Of a DNA stretch of 64,000 nucleotides, positions 39,762 through 50,638 are shown piece by piece. Within the stretch, counting starts at the first letter, position 1, and the number at the start of each line of letters is the position of its first letter. This DNA comes from Candidatus Latescibacterota bacterium (lineage in GTDB: Bacteria; Latescibacterota; UBA2968; SICM01): assembly GCA_965217865.1 (NCBI GenBank), contig CBDCJO010000001.1, positions 96,001 to 160,000 of the forward strand. The letters are read 5' to 3'. Under the pieces are notes generated by a model that was given only the letters and a program-made list of their open reading frames with translations, was not told the origin of the DNA and did no database searches. A program made the position numbers and the translations under genes.

Positions 39762-42015
39762 ATGTCACGTCTATACATCGTTATTGTCTGTGTGCTCTGC
39801 CTTCAGCATCCGGGAATCCTGACCGCAGATGAGACCCCGAATATCTCGACCTTTGCGGGAACTGGAGACCCGGGTCTTTCAGGGGACGGGGGGGCGGTAA
39901 ATGAGGCCAAGCTGAGGACTCCGAGGGGCCTGTTCCTGGATGAAAGGGGGGTCCTCTACATCGCCGACTACGGCAATAACGTCATCCGCCGTGTGGGCCT
40001 GGACGGGATCATCGAGACGGTTGCCGGAAACGGAGATGAGGGTTTTTCCGGGGACGGGGGACTCGCTACGGAAGCCAAATTGAGCGGTCCGTCCGGTGGC
40101 CGTGGATTCAAAAGGGAACATATACATCGCCGACTCACAGAATAACCACATCCGCGTTGTGGACCCGGACGGGATTATCTCGACCTTTGCGGGTTCGGGA
40201 ACCACCCCAGCAGCCCAGAGGGGTTTGGTAGGTGGTTTTTCCGGGGACGGGGGACCCGCTACGGCGGCCGAGTTGAACAGTTGCGACGGCGTGGCCGTGG
40301 ATAGATCGGGGCACGTGTACATCGGCGACCGGAATAATCACCGCGTCCGCAAAGTGAACGCGTTCACCGGAGACATCTCGACCATCGCGGGTTCGGGCGA
40401 TAGAGCTTTCAGGGGGGACGGGGAACAGGCTACAGAGGCCTCGCTGGACGGCCCGACCGACATCGCGATAGTCGGGACGGACATCTACTTCACGGACGGG
40501 AGAAATCACCGCGTCCGCCTTATAGACGCCACCGGGGGCATCACGACCTTTGCCGGTGGACGGGGAGACAGGGCGCAACTCAGGACGGGCGTCAAGGCGA
40601 CGGATGCCTCCCTGTTCTGGCCGACCGGGTTAGCCGTGGATTCCAAAGGAAACGTCTACATCGCCGACTCCTTCAATCAACGCATCCGAGTTGTGGACAC
40701 AGGCAGGATCATCGATGCCGTTGCGGGATCGAAGTTCGATAAAGATGCTGACGGCAATCCCAAGGGCGCATATACCGGGGACGGGGGTCCGGCGAACCAG
40801 GCCGAGCTGAACCGACCCTACGGCGTGGCCGTGGATGCGGACGGCATAAATGTCTACTTTTCCGACGGGGAAAATAACGTCATCCGCCGCGTGGGCCCGG
40901 ACGGGATCATCGCGCTAACGGTCACATCCCTGACGTTCGACACGACGGGGGTCGGGGGGAGTTCGGAACAGACCCTGGAGGTCTCGAACATCGGGACCGG
41001 TCCCCTGACTATCACGGAGTTCACGTTCAGCGGTTCGGGAAGAAGGGATTACCAGGGGCAGGAGACCCTGCCCACGATCGACGCCGGGGGCATCGAGACC
41101 CTAACCGTGATTTTCGCCCCCAGCAGAAAAGGGGCCCGGTCTGCCGTCCTGTTCGTGGAATCCGACGTGGGGTCCAAAGGGATCGACGTGACAGGGTTCG
41201 CCGTGGAGGGTGGTCCGGAGATCAGCCTGTCTGCCTCCACCCTGTCGTTGGAGACCATCAAGGTGGGTGAGAACGCCGTTCAAGGCACGATCACGAACCC
41301 GGGCGTCTAGGATCTTTCGATCACTGCGATCACCCTTGAGGGGGCCGATGTTTCGGAATTCGACGTCTCCCCCACCGGGGTCACGATCGCACCCGGGGGG
41401 TCGGAGACCATAACGATTACATTCGATCCTGCCTCTATCGGGAATAAGTCAATCACCGTTCACGTGGATCACAACGCCGGGGATCAGCTGACCGTCGACT
41501 TGACCGCGGTCGCAGAAGGCGGACCGGTCCTCAGCCTGCCCGCCGATGTCGTGTCGTTCGACGGCGTGGAGGCGGAGACAATTGATCAGGGATCTTTCAC
41601 GATCACCAATCCGGGCACCGAGGACCTCTCCATCACCGCGATCACCGTGGGAGGGACACACGCTTCTGAGTACGAAGTCTCGACGACTCAGGTCACGATC
41701 GCTTCGGGAGGGTCTGAGACGATCACGGTGATATTTTCTCCGACATCTCCGGGGACGAAGTCGGCCAGCCTCCTGATCGATCACAACGCGGGGGATCCCA
41801 CGATTGTTCGCCTGTCCGGGGTCGTTTATGCCGTGGGGACGTCACCCGATTTCGACGGGACGGGCAAAGTGGATCTGGAGGATTTCTTCCTGTTTGCAGC
41901 CGCCTTCAGTCAAGAGCCGACAGGTGATAACGTCCGTTTCGACCTGGACGGCAACAACAAGATCGATTTTGACGACTTCTTCCTCTTCGCAGGGGCCTTT
42001 GGGAAGGATGTGTAG
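39762..42015 (+). pseudogene. Paralog of the NHL/Ig surface protein, disrupted
   Basis: Frameshift near 40095 (about 2 nt missing); CAG->TAG at 41308-41310 relative to copy 1; the frame continues to 42015. Confidence 0.8.
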
Positions 42016-42036
42016 GGGGAAGGAAATTGAAGAATG

Positions 42037-42165
42037 AAGATTGAATATTGAAGTAAGACCCTACCACTCATCCCCACCGGAATACAGAATACAGAAGTCA
42101 GAAGAAGACCTGAATTCAACTCAGACGTCAAATCGTGAGACGTGAGACGCGTGTCGGAGGTCGGA
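42037..42165 (+). repeat. About 130-bp direct repeat, right copy
   Basis: Matches 36255-36376 with one extra GAATACA heptamer. Confidence 0.9.
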
Positions 42166-42391
42166 TGTCAGGGGTCAGATTCACGAGTCACGATCGACGA
42201 TCCACGGGTTTTTGGCACATCCCTGCAGTAATCTGCCTCATAAAAAAGGCTCCCGATTGGGAGCCTTTTGTTCTCAACACTATTGATCAGTTTTCCTGAG
42301 TAAAACTGTCATCCTACTGAGCGCGATACTACCAAAGCACCGATCTTTCACCAGACTGTGTGCGCGAAGGATCTCTTTTTTGGTTCTTATA

Positions 42392-42468
42392 TGGCGCGCC
42401 TGGGGCGACTCGAACGCCCGACCTGCGGATTCGAAGTCCGACGCTCTATCCATCTGAGCTACAGGCGC
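42392..42468 (-). tRNA. tRNA-Arg (anticodon TCG), CCA encoded
   Basis: Minus strand GCGCCTGTAGCTCAGATGGATAGAGCGTCGGACTTCGAATCCGCAGGTCGGGCGTTCGAGTCGCCCCAGGCGCGCCA folds as a 77-nt cloverleaf. Confidence 0.95.
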
Positions 42469-42538
42469 GTCTTAAAAAATATATAGATTAAAATTTGAAA
42501 CACAAGGAAAAATGGACGCGGAGTGGTGACGGTGCCCC

Positions 42539-42632
42539 ATTGAATATTGAATATCGGAAAATTGAATATTTGAACACTCAGGACTATCGACCTCTTCAAT
42601 CTTCAATGCCTTTCCAATCTTCAATCTTCAAT
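42539..42632 (+). repeat. MITE-like element, copy 4
   Basis: ATTGAATATTGAATATCGGAAAATTGAATATTTGAACACTCAGGACT...TTCAATCTTCAAT. Confidence 0.7.
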
Positions 42633-42651
42633 TTACCTTGTCCCTTTCGGC

Positions 42652-42680
42652 TTGACACTTTTGAACATGCTTCTTATCTT
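42652..42680 (+). promoter_or_regulatory. Sigma70-type promoter for ptsN-like/ftsH
   Basis: TTGACA-N17-TATCTT. Confidence 0.6.
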
Positions 42681-42755
42681 GTTATTCTGAAGAAGCTTTC
42701 GAAAACTTCATGAAAGGTTTCTTGTAAATATTCCAGCCGCCCGGGAAGGTTCTTG

Positions 42756-43217
42756 ATGCCGAAGCTCTTGGCATGCCTGCGTGAAGATCGGGTGATTTTC
42801 GATCTTCAAGCCCAAAAGAAGATGGAGGCGATCCGTGAGTTGGCGATGTCTCTAGAGGGAGACGTCGGAATCACCGACCTTAAGCGGTTTCTCTCGCTCG
42901 TCATGCAGAGGGAAAAGATCGAGACCACTGCGGTGGGACACGGAGTCGCCATACCTCACGCCCACGGGGACTGTACCAAGTCGCTTGTGATCGGGGTAGG
43001 CCTTTCTCAAAACGGAATCGACTTTGGGGCGATGGATGGGGAGGCCGTCAGAATCATTGTGATGATCGCTTCACCGGTCCGCCATTTCCAGGATTATCTC
43101 AAGGCGGTATCTCGCGTCGCACGCCTATTAAATCAGAAAGATTGTCGGGAACGAATCTACGAAGCCCAAACCGTTCCTGAAGTCATCGATGTGTTCAAAT
43201 TGATTGACAAACTCTAA
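42756..43217 (+). CDS. PTS IIA (Ntr/fructose-type) domain protein
   Basis: RE...TTAVGHGVAIPH, GIDFGAMDG. Confidence 0.88.
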   Translation: MPKLLACLREDRVIFDLQAQKKMEAIRELAMSLEGDVGITDLKRFLSLVMQREKIETTAVGHGVAIPHAHGDCTKSLVIGVGLSQNGIDFGAMDGEAVRIIVMIASPVRHFQDYLKAVSRVARLLNQKDCRERIYEAQTVPEVIDVFKLIDKL

Positions 43218-43238
43218 CCCTCTCGAACAAAACCTCGA

Positions 43239-45089
43239 ATGGAACGTCGAATCCGATTCTCGATCTGGTATGCCGTCGCTGCGTTCCTGATCCTTTCTGC
43301 CATCCAAACCTACCTCAGTTCCAACGTAGAGGAGATCGCATATAGCGATTTTCGACGGTTGGTCGTCGAGGGAAAGATAAAGGAATGTTCAATCGGAGTT
43401 GAGCGGATCCAGGGTATTTTGGGGGAACCAGCCCAGGAGGAGGGAGATAAACCGATTGGATCGTTACGGTTTGTAACGACGCGAGTCGACGATCCGGATC
43501 TTGTAAAACTTCTCGAAGATCATCAGGTCAATTATACGGGCCAGGGGGGGGACGACTGGTTCAAGACCATCCTCTCATGGATCGTGCCAACGGCAATATT
43601 CTTAGGGGTGTGGATCTTTCTGTTTCGTCGGATGAGCGGTCCCATGGGTGGGGTGATGTCCATAGGAAAGAGCAGGGCGAAGATCTATGTCGAGGACAAG
43701 ACCAAAGTCACCTTCACCGACGTGGCCGGGATTGACGAGGCGAAGGAAGAATTGATGGAGATCGTTGAATTCCTGAAAACTCCCGACAAGTTTAAGCGCC
43801 TGGGGGGACGCATCCCGAAAGGTGTACTCCTCGTGGGGCCTCCTGGTACGGGGAAAACGCTGTTGGCCAGGGCCGTCGCCGGGGAATCCGGGGTGCCCTT
43901 TTTCAACCTAAGCGGTTCGGACTTCGTCGAGATGTTCGTGGGTGTGGGGGCATCCCGTGTTCGCGATCTCTTTCAGCAGGCCAAGTCCCACGCTCCCTGC
44001 ATCATTTTCATCGACGAGCTCGACGCCTTGGGCAAAGCCCGGGGAATCAATCCCGTTGGAGGCCACGACGAACGCGAACAGACCCTCAATCAGCTTCTTA
44101 CCGAGATGGACGGCTTCGACACAAATCTCGGGGTGATTCTGATGGCCGCCACGAACCGGCCGGAAATTCTGGATCTTGCCCTCCTGCGCCCCGGACGTTT
44201 CGACCGTCACGTGGTCGTAGATCGGCCTGACATCAGCGGCCGGGAGGCGATCCTGAAAATCCACGCACGAAATGTGAAGCTTGCCGCCGAGACCGACCTG
44301 CGGACCATCGCCGCCCGGACTCCGGGGTTCGTCGGGGCCGACCTGGCCAACTTGATTAATGAGGCCGCCTTGCGCGCTGCCCGGAAGGATCGAAGTGAGA
44401 TTCAGATGAAAGATGTGGAGGAGGCCATCGATCGGGTCGTGGCGGGCCTGGAAAAGAAGAACAGGGCGATGAGTGAAAAAGAGAGGGAAATTATTGCTTA
44501 TCACGAAGCAGGTCACGCCATCGTAACGGAGATTTTGCCCGGGGTCGACCGGCTTCACCGCATTTCGATCATTCCGAGGGGGGTAGCTGCCCTGGGTTAC
44601 ACGCTGCTCCTTCCGACTGAAGACCGTTATTTGATGACCCGGGAGGAACTCTTGCGGAAAGTCGATGCCCTCCTGGGTGGAAGGGTTGCAGAGGAGCTCA
44701 TATTCGATGAAATATCGACCGGAGCACAGGATGACCTCCGACGGGTCACTCAAATCGTCGAGAGCATGGTAAAGGAATACGGGATGAGCGAACGGCTTGG
44801 ACTTGTCTCTTATAATAACGATCGCACCCCTTCCCTCATGGGCTTCCACACCCCGATGACCGACGGTAAGCATTATAGTGAGGAAACCGCCCGCAGAATT
44901 GACTCTGAAATCGCCCGAATCGTAGATGAGGCCTACAGTCGCGTGACGAAACTCCTTGGGGGAAAAAAGCCGGTCCTTGAGCGGCTCGCAAAGGTGCTGC
45001 TCGAAAAGGAGGTTGTCGAGAGGGAGGAAGTCAGCAAGATGATGGCCGAAGATCCCCCGGACCTCTCCATTCAGCGCACCAACGCTTAG
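43239..45089 (+). CDS. ftsH: ATP-dependent zinc metalloprotease FtsH
   Basis: Two TMs, [45 protein letters not shown]. Confidence 0.97.
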   Translation: MERRIRFSIWYAVAAFLILSAIQTYLSSNVEEIAYSDFRRLVVEGKIKECSIGVERIQGILGEPAQEEGDKPIGSLRFVTTRVDDPDLVKLLEDHQVNYTGQGGDDWFKTILSWIVPTAIFLGVWIFLFRRMSGPMGGVMSIGKSRAKIYVEDKTKVTFTDVAGIDEAKEELMEIVEFLKTPDKFKRLGGRIPKGVLLVGPPGTGKTLLARAVAGESGVPFFNLSGSDFVEMFVGVGASRVRDLFQQAKSHAPCIIFIDELDALGKARGINPVGGHDEREQTLNQLLTEMDGFDTNLGVILMAATNRPEILDLALLRPGRFDRHVVVDRPDISGREAILKIHARNVKLAAETDLRTIAARTPGFVGADLANLINEAALRAARKDRSEIQMKDVEEAIDRVVAGLEKKNRAMSEKEREIIAYHEAGHAIVTEILPGVDRLHRISIIPRGVAALGYTLLLPTEDRYLMTREELLRKVDALLGGRVAEELIFDEISTGAQDDLRRVTQIVESMVKEYGMSERLGLVSYNNDRTPSLMGFHTPMTDGKHYSEETARRIDSEIARIVDEAYSRVTKLLGGKKPVLERLAKVLLEKEVVEREEVSKMMAEDPPDLSIQRTNA

Positions 45090-45188
45090 ACTTATCCCCG
45101 ATCCTCGATTGAAACGAGTTGCCCCTTTCCCCGGACCGCGCAATCAGATGACATTCCCTGTCGGGGTGGGTTTCTCGGTGGGGGATCG

Positions 45189-46970
45189 ATGACCAGTCGA
45201 AATCGTATCAGGAAACCGCTTACCCTCCTTCTTCTCACCGTCCTTTTCAATCAGCCTGCCCTCTCTGAGCAGACCCTCACCGTAAAGTCACTTCGTTTTT
45301 CCGGGAATCGGAAAATATCCGACAGAAAGCTCCTGCGCCAGATATTGACCGGACACCCTGCGTGGTATGCCTGGCTTCCCTTTGTTCGCCATCCTCGATT
45401 TGACTCCGGAGATTTTTCAAACGACATCCTTCGGCTTGAATCCTACTATAAGGACAGGGGATATTATAACGTCTCCATTGACGCCCAAACGACTCGTCGA
45501 GAAGATCGGGTGGAACTGGTCATCCAGATCGACGAAGGTATTCAAACCCGGCTGAAAAAGCTCTCCATCAATGGCCGCCACGGTGTCGATTCGAGCCACG
45601 TGATTCGAAACCTCACCCTCCAACCTCCCCGGCCTTTTCGAGGTTCCCTCCTTGAACCTGACAAGCGATCTATCCTCAACTACCTCAAAAACAGCGGATA
45701 TCCTTATGCATCCGTCTCGGCTTCCATCCGTTTGAATCCCGAAGATGGGTCGGCTTTCGTGATATATCACGTTGACCCGGGACAAAAGGCAACGTTCGGA
45801 GAAGTGGTCGTCACTGGAAACAATGGGGTTTCAACAGATGCGATCCGGCGCGGGTTGGATTTTCGGCCGGAAGGGCCCTTTCTGAAAGATCGTTTGATCA
45901 ACACCCAGAGACGAATATACAGGGCTGGGGCCTTCAGGGCAGTGACCGTCAAGCCCGACCTGTCAGACAGTTCCCGGACTTCAGTGGATGTAAACGTCTC
46001 CGTTCAGGAACGACCCTTCAACCACATCCGCATCGGTCTGGGTTATGACACCGAAGAATCGGTGCGGGGTTCCGGGGCCTGGGGCCACCGGAACTTCTTG
46101 GGAGGAGCGAGGAATTTGACCATTACCGGCCGGGCGAGCCGGATACTGGTCGAAGGTGAGACAAATTTCCGACAACCCTTCGTGATCGACAGCCGCACGG
46201 ATCTTGGCCTCACCGCTTACATCCGTCGGCTTCGAGAGCCCGGGGTCCGGGGAACTCACGTGGGGGGGGCGCTCGGTTTGTCCAGAGAGTTCGCCAAACA
46301 CCTGGTGGGCGGGCTTCAATACGAACAGAAACTGATCAAAGCGGATCAGGACACGATGCTCTTCAATGTCCGCTCTTCCCTGGTTCGAGATACGCGCAGC
46401 GACATTTTCGATCCAAGGTTTGGCTCGTTCTTCATAGCGACCGTGGAGCAAGTTTTCGTGCAGCGATCAAAAAATTTCCTGAGGATCACGACAGAGGGAA
46501 GGTGGTATCGGCCGCTCAGTGGACGATTGACCTTTGCGATGCGGCTCTTTGGCGGGGCCATCAGGCTGCCATCGGGGGGAAGGATCGTCAGCTCGGAGAG
46601 GTACTTCGCGGGGGGATCCGCCAGCCTTCGGGGATGGGGGCTCCAGGAGTTGGGCCAGTCTGTGGACCCGGTACGATTTATACCCAGGGGCGGACTCTAT
46701 AAAGCGGAAGGAAGCGCGGAACTTCGGCTCCGTCTCCCCAAACGAATCGGTCTGGCCGGATTCGTGGATTTCGGAAACCTGGGGGATGAACTGGAAGTCT
46801 ATCACTTCTCCAACTTCGCCTTCGCCATTGGCGGGGGGTTGCGATACAACAGCCCCATCGGACCTGTCCGGTTCGACTTGGGCTACAAGGCTAAGGACCC
46901 CTTCAGGTCCAGGGAGAACTTCGGCCTGAGCCGATACAATCTCCACTTCAGTCTGGGTCAGGCTTTCTAA
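45189..46970 (+). CDS. Omp85 family (BamA/TamA-like) outer membrane protein
   Basis: POTRA-like domains, YFAGGSASLRGW, YNSPIGPVRFDLG, C-terminal LGQAF. Confidence 0.9.
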   Translation: MTSRNRIRKPLTLLLLTVLFNQPALSEQTLTVKSLRFSGNRKISDRKLLRQILTGHPAWYAWLPFVRHPRFDSGDFSNDILRLESYYKDRGYYNVSIDAQTTRREDRVELVIQIDEGIQTRLKKLSINGRHGVDSSHVIRNLTLQPPRPFRGSLLEPDKRSILNYLKNSGYPYASVSASIRLNPEDGSAFVIYHVDPGQKATFGEVVVTGNNGVSTDAIRRGLDFRPEGPFLKDRLINTQRRIYRAGAFRAVTVKPDLSDSSRTSVDVNVSVQERPFNHIRIGLGYDTEESVRGSGAWGHRNFLGGARNLTITGRASRILVEGETNFRQPFVIDSRTDLGLTAYIRRLREPGVRGTHVGGALGLSREFAKHLVGGLQYEQKLIKADQDTMLFNVRSSLVRDTRSDIFDPRFGSFFIATVEQVFVQRSKNFLRITTEGRWYRPLSGRLTFAMRLFGGAIRLPSGGRIVSSERYFAGGSASLRGWGLQELGQSVDPVRFIPRGGLYKAEGSAELRLRLPKRIGLAGFVDFGNLGDELEVYHFSNFAFAIGGGLRYNSPIGPVRFDLGYKAKDPFRSRENFGLSRYNLHFSLGQAF

Positions 46971-47028
46971 AAACAGGTTCAGATTCCAGTCCCCAGCTGG
47001 CCCTACATCATAAATTGGAACAGAAAAC

Positions 47029-47526
47029 TTGAAACCTGAAAAAAAATTGGATTCCGGCGCTACATTTGACCCGACGGGTCGGTACCGCTACTCGCTCTGG
47101 CGGGAATGGGATCGGGAGTCACCACGGATAGCTTTCGTTCTGCTCAACCCGAGCACTGCCGACGCGACCAGAAACGACCCGACAATCCGTCGATGCATCG
47201 GCTTTGCCCGATCGTGGGGCTATGGTTCGGTCGAGGTGGTCAACCTCTTTGCTTATCGATCCAAAGACCCGGCAATCCTTAGGAAAGTGCCTGACCCAAT
47301 AGGCCCGAAAAATGGTTTCTATATAAAAAAAGCGACCCGTCGCGCAAGGGACACGGTCGTGGCCTGGGGAAATCATGGTTCGCTTTTCAACCGGGACCGG
47401 GGAGCGCTGGACAACCTCCTTGAACGGGGTGATGTCGTTTACTGCCTTGGAAGGACACAGGCCGGACATCCTCGCCATCCACTTTACCTCAAAGGGGATA
47501 CCATGTTATCTCCATTATTACAATAA
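47029..47526 (+). CDS. DUF1643 domain-containing protein
   Basis: YRYSLWR.W, LNPSTAD...DPTIRRC, VNLFAYRS, AWG, PRHPLY. Confidence 0.9.
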   Translation: MKPEKKLDSGATFDPTGRYRYSLWREWDRESPRIAFVLLNPSTADATRNDPTIRRCIGFARSWGYGSVEVVNLFAYRSKDPAILRKVPDPIGPKNGFYIKKATRRARDTVVAWGNHGSLFNRDRGALDNLLERGDVVYCLGRTQAGHPRHPLYLKGDTMLSPLLQ

Positions 47527-47621
47527 CATCCATATTATACAATATCTTAGAACAAATCCTAGCGCGCTCCTATACCCACCTTCTGAAATCAAACCCGATC
47601 AATTCCGTTCTACATGCCACG

Positions 47622-48374
47622 TTATGGCTTCTTAAGCGCCTTGGTGATCGTGTACCTCACCATCGTGAAATCTTTAACCCCTCTGATGTTTTTTGCGGTC
47701 CAATCAACCCCCTGTCGAATCTGTGCATCGGTGAAACCTTGCTCGCGCATCGTTTGATATGCCCCTAGGTCCGCTGTTCGTTGTTCTGCAGAGCTCTCTG
47801 TCCCTCCGGTGGCGTGGTAGAAGTCATCGATCGTCTTGATAGCCTCCGCGTGGCCCTCGGATCCCTCTTCCAGGGGTGGTCCTTCGCTGGCAGGGATTTT
47901 AGCCTGCATTTCGTTGATCTTTTCTCCATAAATCTGCACCTGGAGATTTTCGTTTCTGAGGCGATTGCTCAGGATCTCCACGACATTTTTATACATTCTG
48001 ACGGCCATTGCGGGTTCCTTCGCTAGAACCCTTAAAAGATCCGCCCGGGAAAGAAGGACAAAATTCCCATCCTTTAATACCTCCACAGTCGCCGATCGCG
48101 GCTCTCCGGTAAATATACCCATCTCCCCGACGGTTTCCGGCCGGGAAAGCCTGGCCAGGGGGATATTGTCGGAAGTTCGAACCAGGACCTCCCCGCTCAG
48201 AATCAGGTACATCTCATTGCTGGGGGTATCACTCTCCATCAGGATCTCCCCCCTCTTGAAGTTCTTCATGCTGCATATCTGAAGGAGAACCAGGATCTGA
48301 TCTGGGGCAAATCCCTTCATAAGAGGCACGGATGTTCGAAGGATCGTTGCCAGTTCTTGACGCTTTTCGTCCAT
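47622..48374 (-). CDS. Cyclic-nucleotide-binding domain protein with unknown C-terminal domain
   Basis: MYLILSGEV, GEMGIFTGEPRSATV phosphate-binding cassette. Confidence 0.85.
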   Translation of the reverse strand: MDEKRQELATILRTSVPLMKGFAPDQILVLLQICSMKNFKRGEILMESDTPSNEMYLILSGEVLVRTSDNIPLARLSRPETVGEMGIFTGEPRSATVEVLKDGNFVLLSRADLLRVLAKEPAMAVRMYKNVVEILSNRLRNENLQVQIYGEKINEMQAKIPASEGPPLEEGSEGHAEAIKTIDDFYHATGGTESSAEQRTADLGAYQTMREQGFTDAQIRQGVDWTAKNIRGVKDFTMVRYTITKALKKP

Positions 48375-48796
48375 GGGAAACCTCGTCCCGTTGGTAAATC
48401 CTCTCGTTCCAACACATTCCCGCCTCCCCGACCTAACCCTCAAAAAATACCGTTACATATAATAACCTTAGAGATGCGTTGTCAAGAAGAATTGATCGTT
48501 GATATCCTAAAGCTTTTTGAGTTTGTTCCGATAGTATACAATAAGGATTTAACCACCGCTCGCATCTACATTGCTGGGAGGGCAAGATGCACCAACAGGA
48601 TGTTGACGAAGTCAGGGAAGAGGGCGGATGGGATAAGAAAGCAGGCCCCCGGGAGACACTTCGGGGATGTGAACCGTTGATGGCCGATGGGTTGGATTAC
48701 TCCAACGCCCTTATTGATAGCAAATTGGCTTTTTTCTTCGGGAATTCTTATAGATCTCTTGTCTATGCGGACGGGGGAGATTAGGAGGTTGAAGAC

Positions 48797-48985
48797 ATGC
48801 CAAGCTATAACTCCGAAGAGATGATCCAAAGATACGGTTTAAAGAAAGGGCTGGAGCTTCTGAACGCTTTGACCGCTGTGGAGCTGGGCGTGATCAATGA
48901 CCAGCAGCTCCGCCGGTTTATGCATAGGAATATCTCTTTCTTCTTCCCAAATTCACTCCCGCGAAGATACCCTTTCCCGGTCTAA
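48797..48985 (+). CDS. Small hypothetical protein (62 aa)
   Basis: AGGAGG SD; followed by a strong terminator. Confidence 0.55.
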   Translation: MPSYNSEEMIQRYGLKKGLELLNALTAVELGVINDQQLRRFMHRNISFFFPNSLPRRYPFPV

Positions 48986-49025
48986 GTTTGGTTTGAAGAT
49001 CCGACAGTTCTAAAAAGCGCTCCCC

Positions 49026-49062
49026 ACCGGGGTGCGGGCTTTAAGCCCGCACCCCGGTTTTT
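49026..49062 (+). terminator. Intrinsic terminator
   Basis: ACCGGGGTGCGGGCT-TTA-AGCCCGCACCCCGGT followed by TTTT. Confidence 0.85.
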
Positions 49063-49148
49063 ATTTCAATGGTTTGAAATATCTTGACTTAAAGGGTCGT
49101 CGGACATACATTGTAGACCAAGAGTACATCCGAATAGAGGAGGACCGG

Positions 49149-49277
49149 ATGAACCACGACATCAGGAAATTTGCACTGCGGCTCAAGTTGATCAAAATTC
49201 TGGGACGTCTCACAGAATCAAGGCGTCAGCTTCAAATCCTCCAAATTTGGAAGAAAGCGCTGATCTCTCCAAACTGA
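49149..49277 (+). CDS. Small basic hypothetical protein (42 aa)
   Basis: TTGACT-N17-TACATT promoter (49084-49112), AGGAGG SD, MNHDIRKFALRLKLIKILGRL... Confidence 0.5.
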   Translation: MNHDIRKFALRLKLIKILGRLTESRRQLQILQIWKKALISPN

Positions 49278-49361
49278 ACAGGCCGATTCTAAGCCCTGGA
49301 TCAGCTCACCGAACGTTCCCTCGGAATCTCCTTCGGTTCTTCATTCCCCTCCGTAGTTCAT

Positions 49362-50348
49362 ATGACCTTCGTCGACCAGGTGAGCATTCGGATTCGATCG
49401 GGTGACGGGGGCCCGGGTTGCGCCAGCTTCCGGCGGGAAAAATACGTCCCCCACGGCGGACCCGACGGCGGAGACGGTGGGAACGGCGGAGATGTCGTGA
49501 TAAAAGTCAATTCTCGCCTGGGCACCCTTCTAGACCTACGCTACCGCCAGCATTATCAGGCCGGTCACGGAGGATGTGGCCGCGGAAAAAATCAGACCGG
49601 TCCCCGGGGGAACGACATCGACATCTCAGTTCCACCCGGAACCCTTGTCCGTGATGCCGAAACCCTGAAGATCCTTGTCGATCTGGTCAGTGATGGTCAG
49701 CGGGAGATACTCCTTCACGGAGGCCGGAGGGGAAAGGGAAACGCCCGCTTTTCGACTTCAAAAAACCAAACCCCCGACTGGGCAGAGCCTGGAAAACCGG
49801 GGTCTGAGATTAGCCTCAACCTGGAACTCAAACTGATCGCAGATGTTGGGCTCGTCGGTCCACCAAACGTGGGGAAATCCACCCTCCTATCACGCCTCTC
49901 AGCAGCCCGCCCGAAAATTGCGGATTACCCTTTCACGACCCTTAGGCCAAACCTTGGAATCGTCCGTTCAGGGGATACGAGCAGCTTCGTTATGGCCGAT
50001 ATCCCTGGACTCATAGAAATGGCCCACGAAGGCCGCGGGCTCGGATTCCGGTTCCTTCGACACATCGAACGAACCCGCGTGCTCCTTTTCATGATCGACG
50101 CCCTCAACGAAGATCCGCGAGATGCCCTCGAGACACTCCGGAAGGAGCTCCGGCTTTTCAATCCCAACCTTCTAAAAAAACCGAGCCTCGTGGCCATCAC
50201 CAAGATCGACCTCTTCCCCGATGTCGATCTGCCGGAAAATATTTTCGAAGAGAAGATCCCCTGTCTCCCGATCTCTTCAGTCACGGGGGAAGGGATTGAG
50301 GATTTGCGGAAGCGTCTGGGAGAAATCGTCAGACGGGATGCGATGTAA
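49362..50348 (+). CDS. obgE: GTPase ObgE/CgtA
   Basis: FVDQV, SFRREKYVP.GGPDGGDGG, GPPNVGKST, YPFTTL, DIPG, TKID. Confidence 0.97.
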   Translation: MTFVDQVSIRIRSGDGGPGCASFRREKYVPHGGPDGGDGGNGGDVVIKVNSRLGTLLDLRYRQHYQAGHGGCGRGKNQTGPRGNDIDISVPPGTLVRDAETLKILVDLVSDGQREILLHGGRRGKGNARFSTSKNQTPDWAEPGKPGSEISLNLELKLIADVGLVGPPNVGKSTLLSRLSAARPKIADYPFTTLRPNLGIVRSGDTSSFVMADIPGLIEMAHEGRGLGFRFLRHIERTRVLLFMIDALNEDPRDALETLRKELRLFNPNLLKKPSLVAITKIDLFPDVDLPENIFEEKIPCLPISSVTGEGIEDLRKRLGEIVRRDAM

Positions 50349-50461
50349 GGGATCCGACCGCTTCTCCTTTATCAATCTTCAATCGTCGATCTTCAATTTT
50401 TCCTGACCTCTGACCCCTGGCTTTTCCATTTTCCATTTTCCATTTTCATGAAGGAGTATCG

Positions 50462-50620
50462 ATGCCGACCCGTTGTCCTTCTTGCCAGGGAAAAGGAACC
50501 ATCGAGGAAGAGATGACGTGCCCCGACTGCACTGGAATGGGGTGCGGAAAGTGTCAGGACGGGGTCCTGATGACGCGCAAGAGATGTCCGGCTTGTAAAG
50601 GCAGGGGGAAGACCGGGTGA
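50462..50620 (+). CDS. Standalone DnaJ-type zinc-finger microprotein (52 aa, absent from the ORF track)
   Basis: AAGGAG SD; MPTRCPSCQGKGTIEEEMTCPDCTGMGCGKCQDGVLMTRKRCPACKGRGKTG. Confidence 0.75.
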   Translation: MPTRCPSCQGKGTIEEEMTCPDCTGMGCGKCQDGVLMTRKRCPACKGRGKTG

Positions 50621-50638
50621 GCGTCCTTAAGCCCCTCC

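Noticed and set aside
41308-41310. Amber read-through or pyrrolysine recoding
   Set aside because: The paralog has CAG here, the same copy has an earlier frameshift, and TAG ends many normal genes in the window
42392-42468. tRNA-Arg as att site of an island holding the NHL genes
   Set aside because: No duplicated tRNA 3' end seen and no integrase nearby
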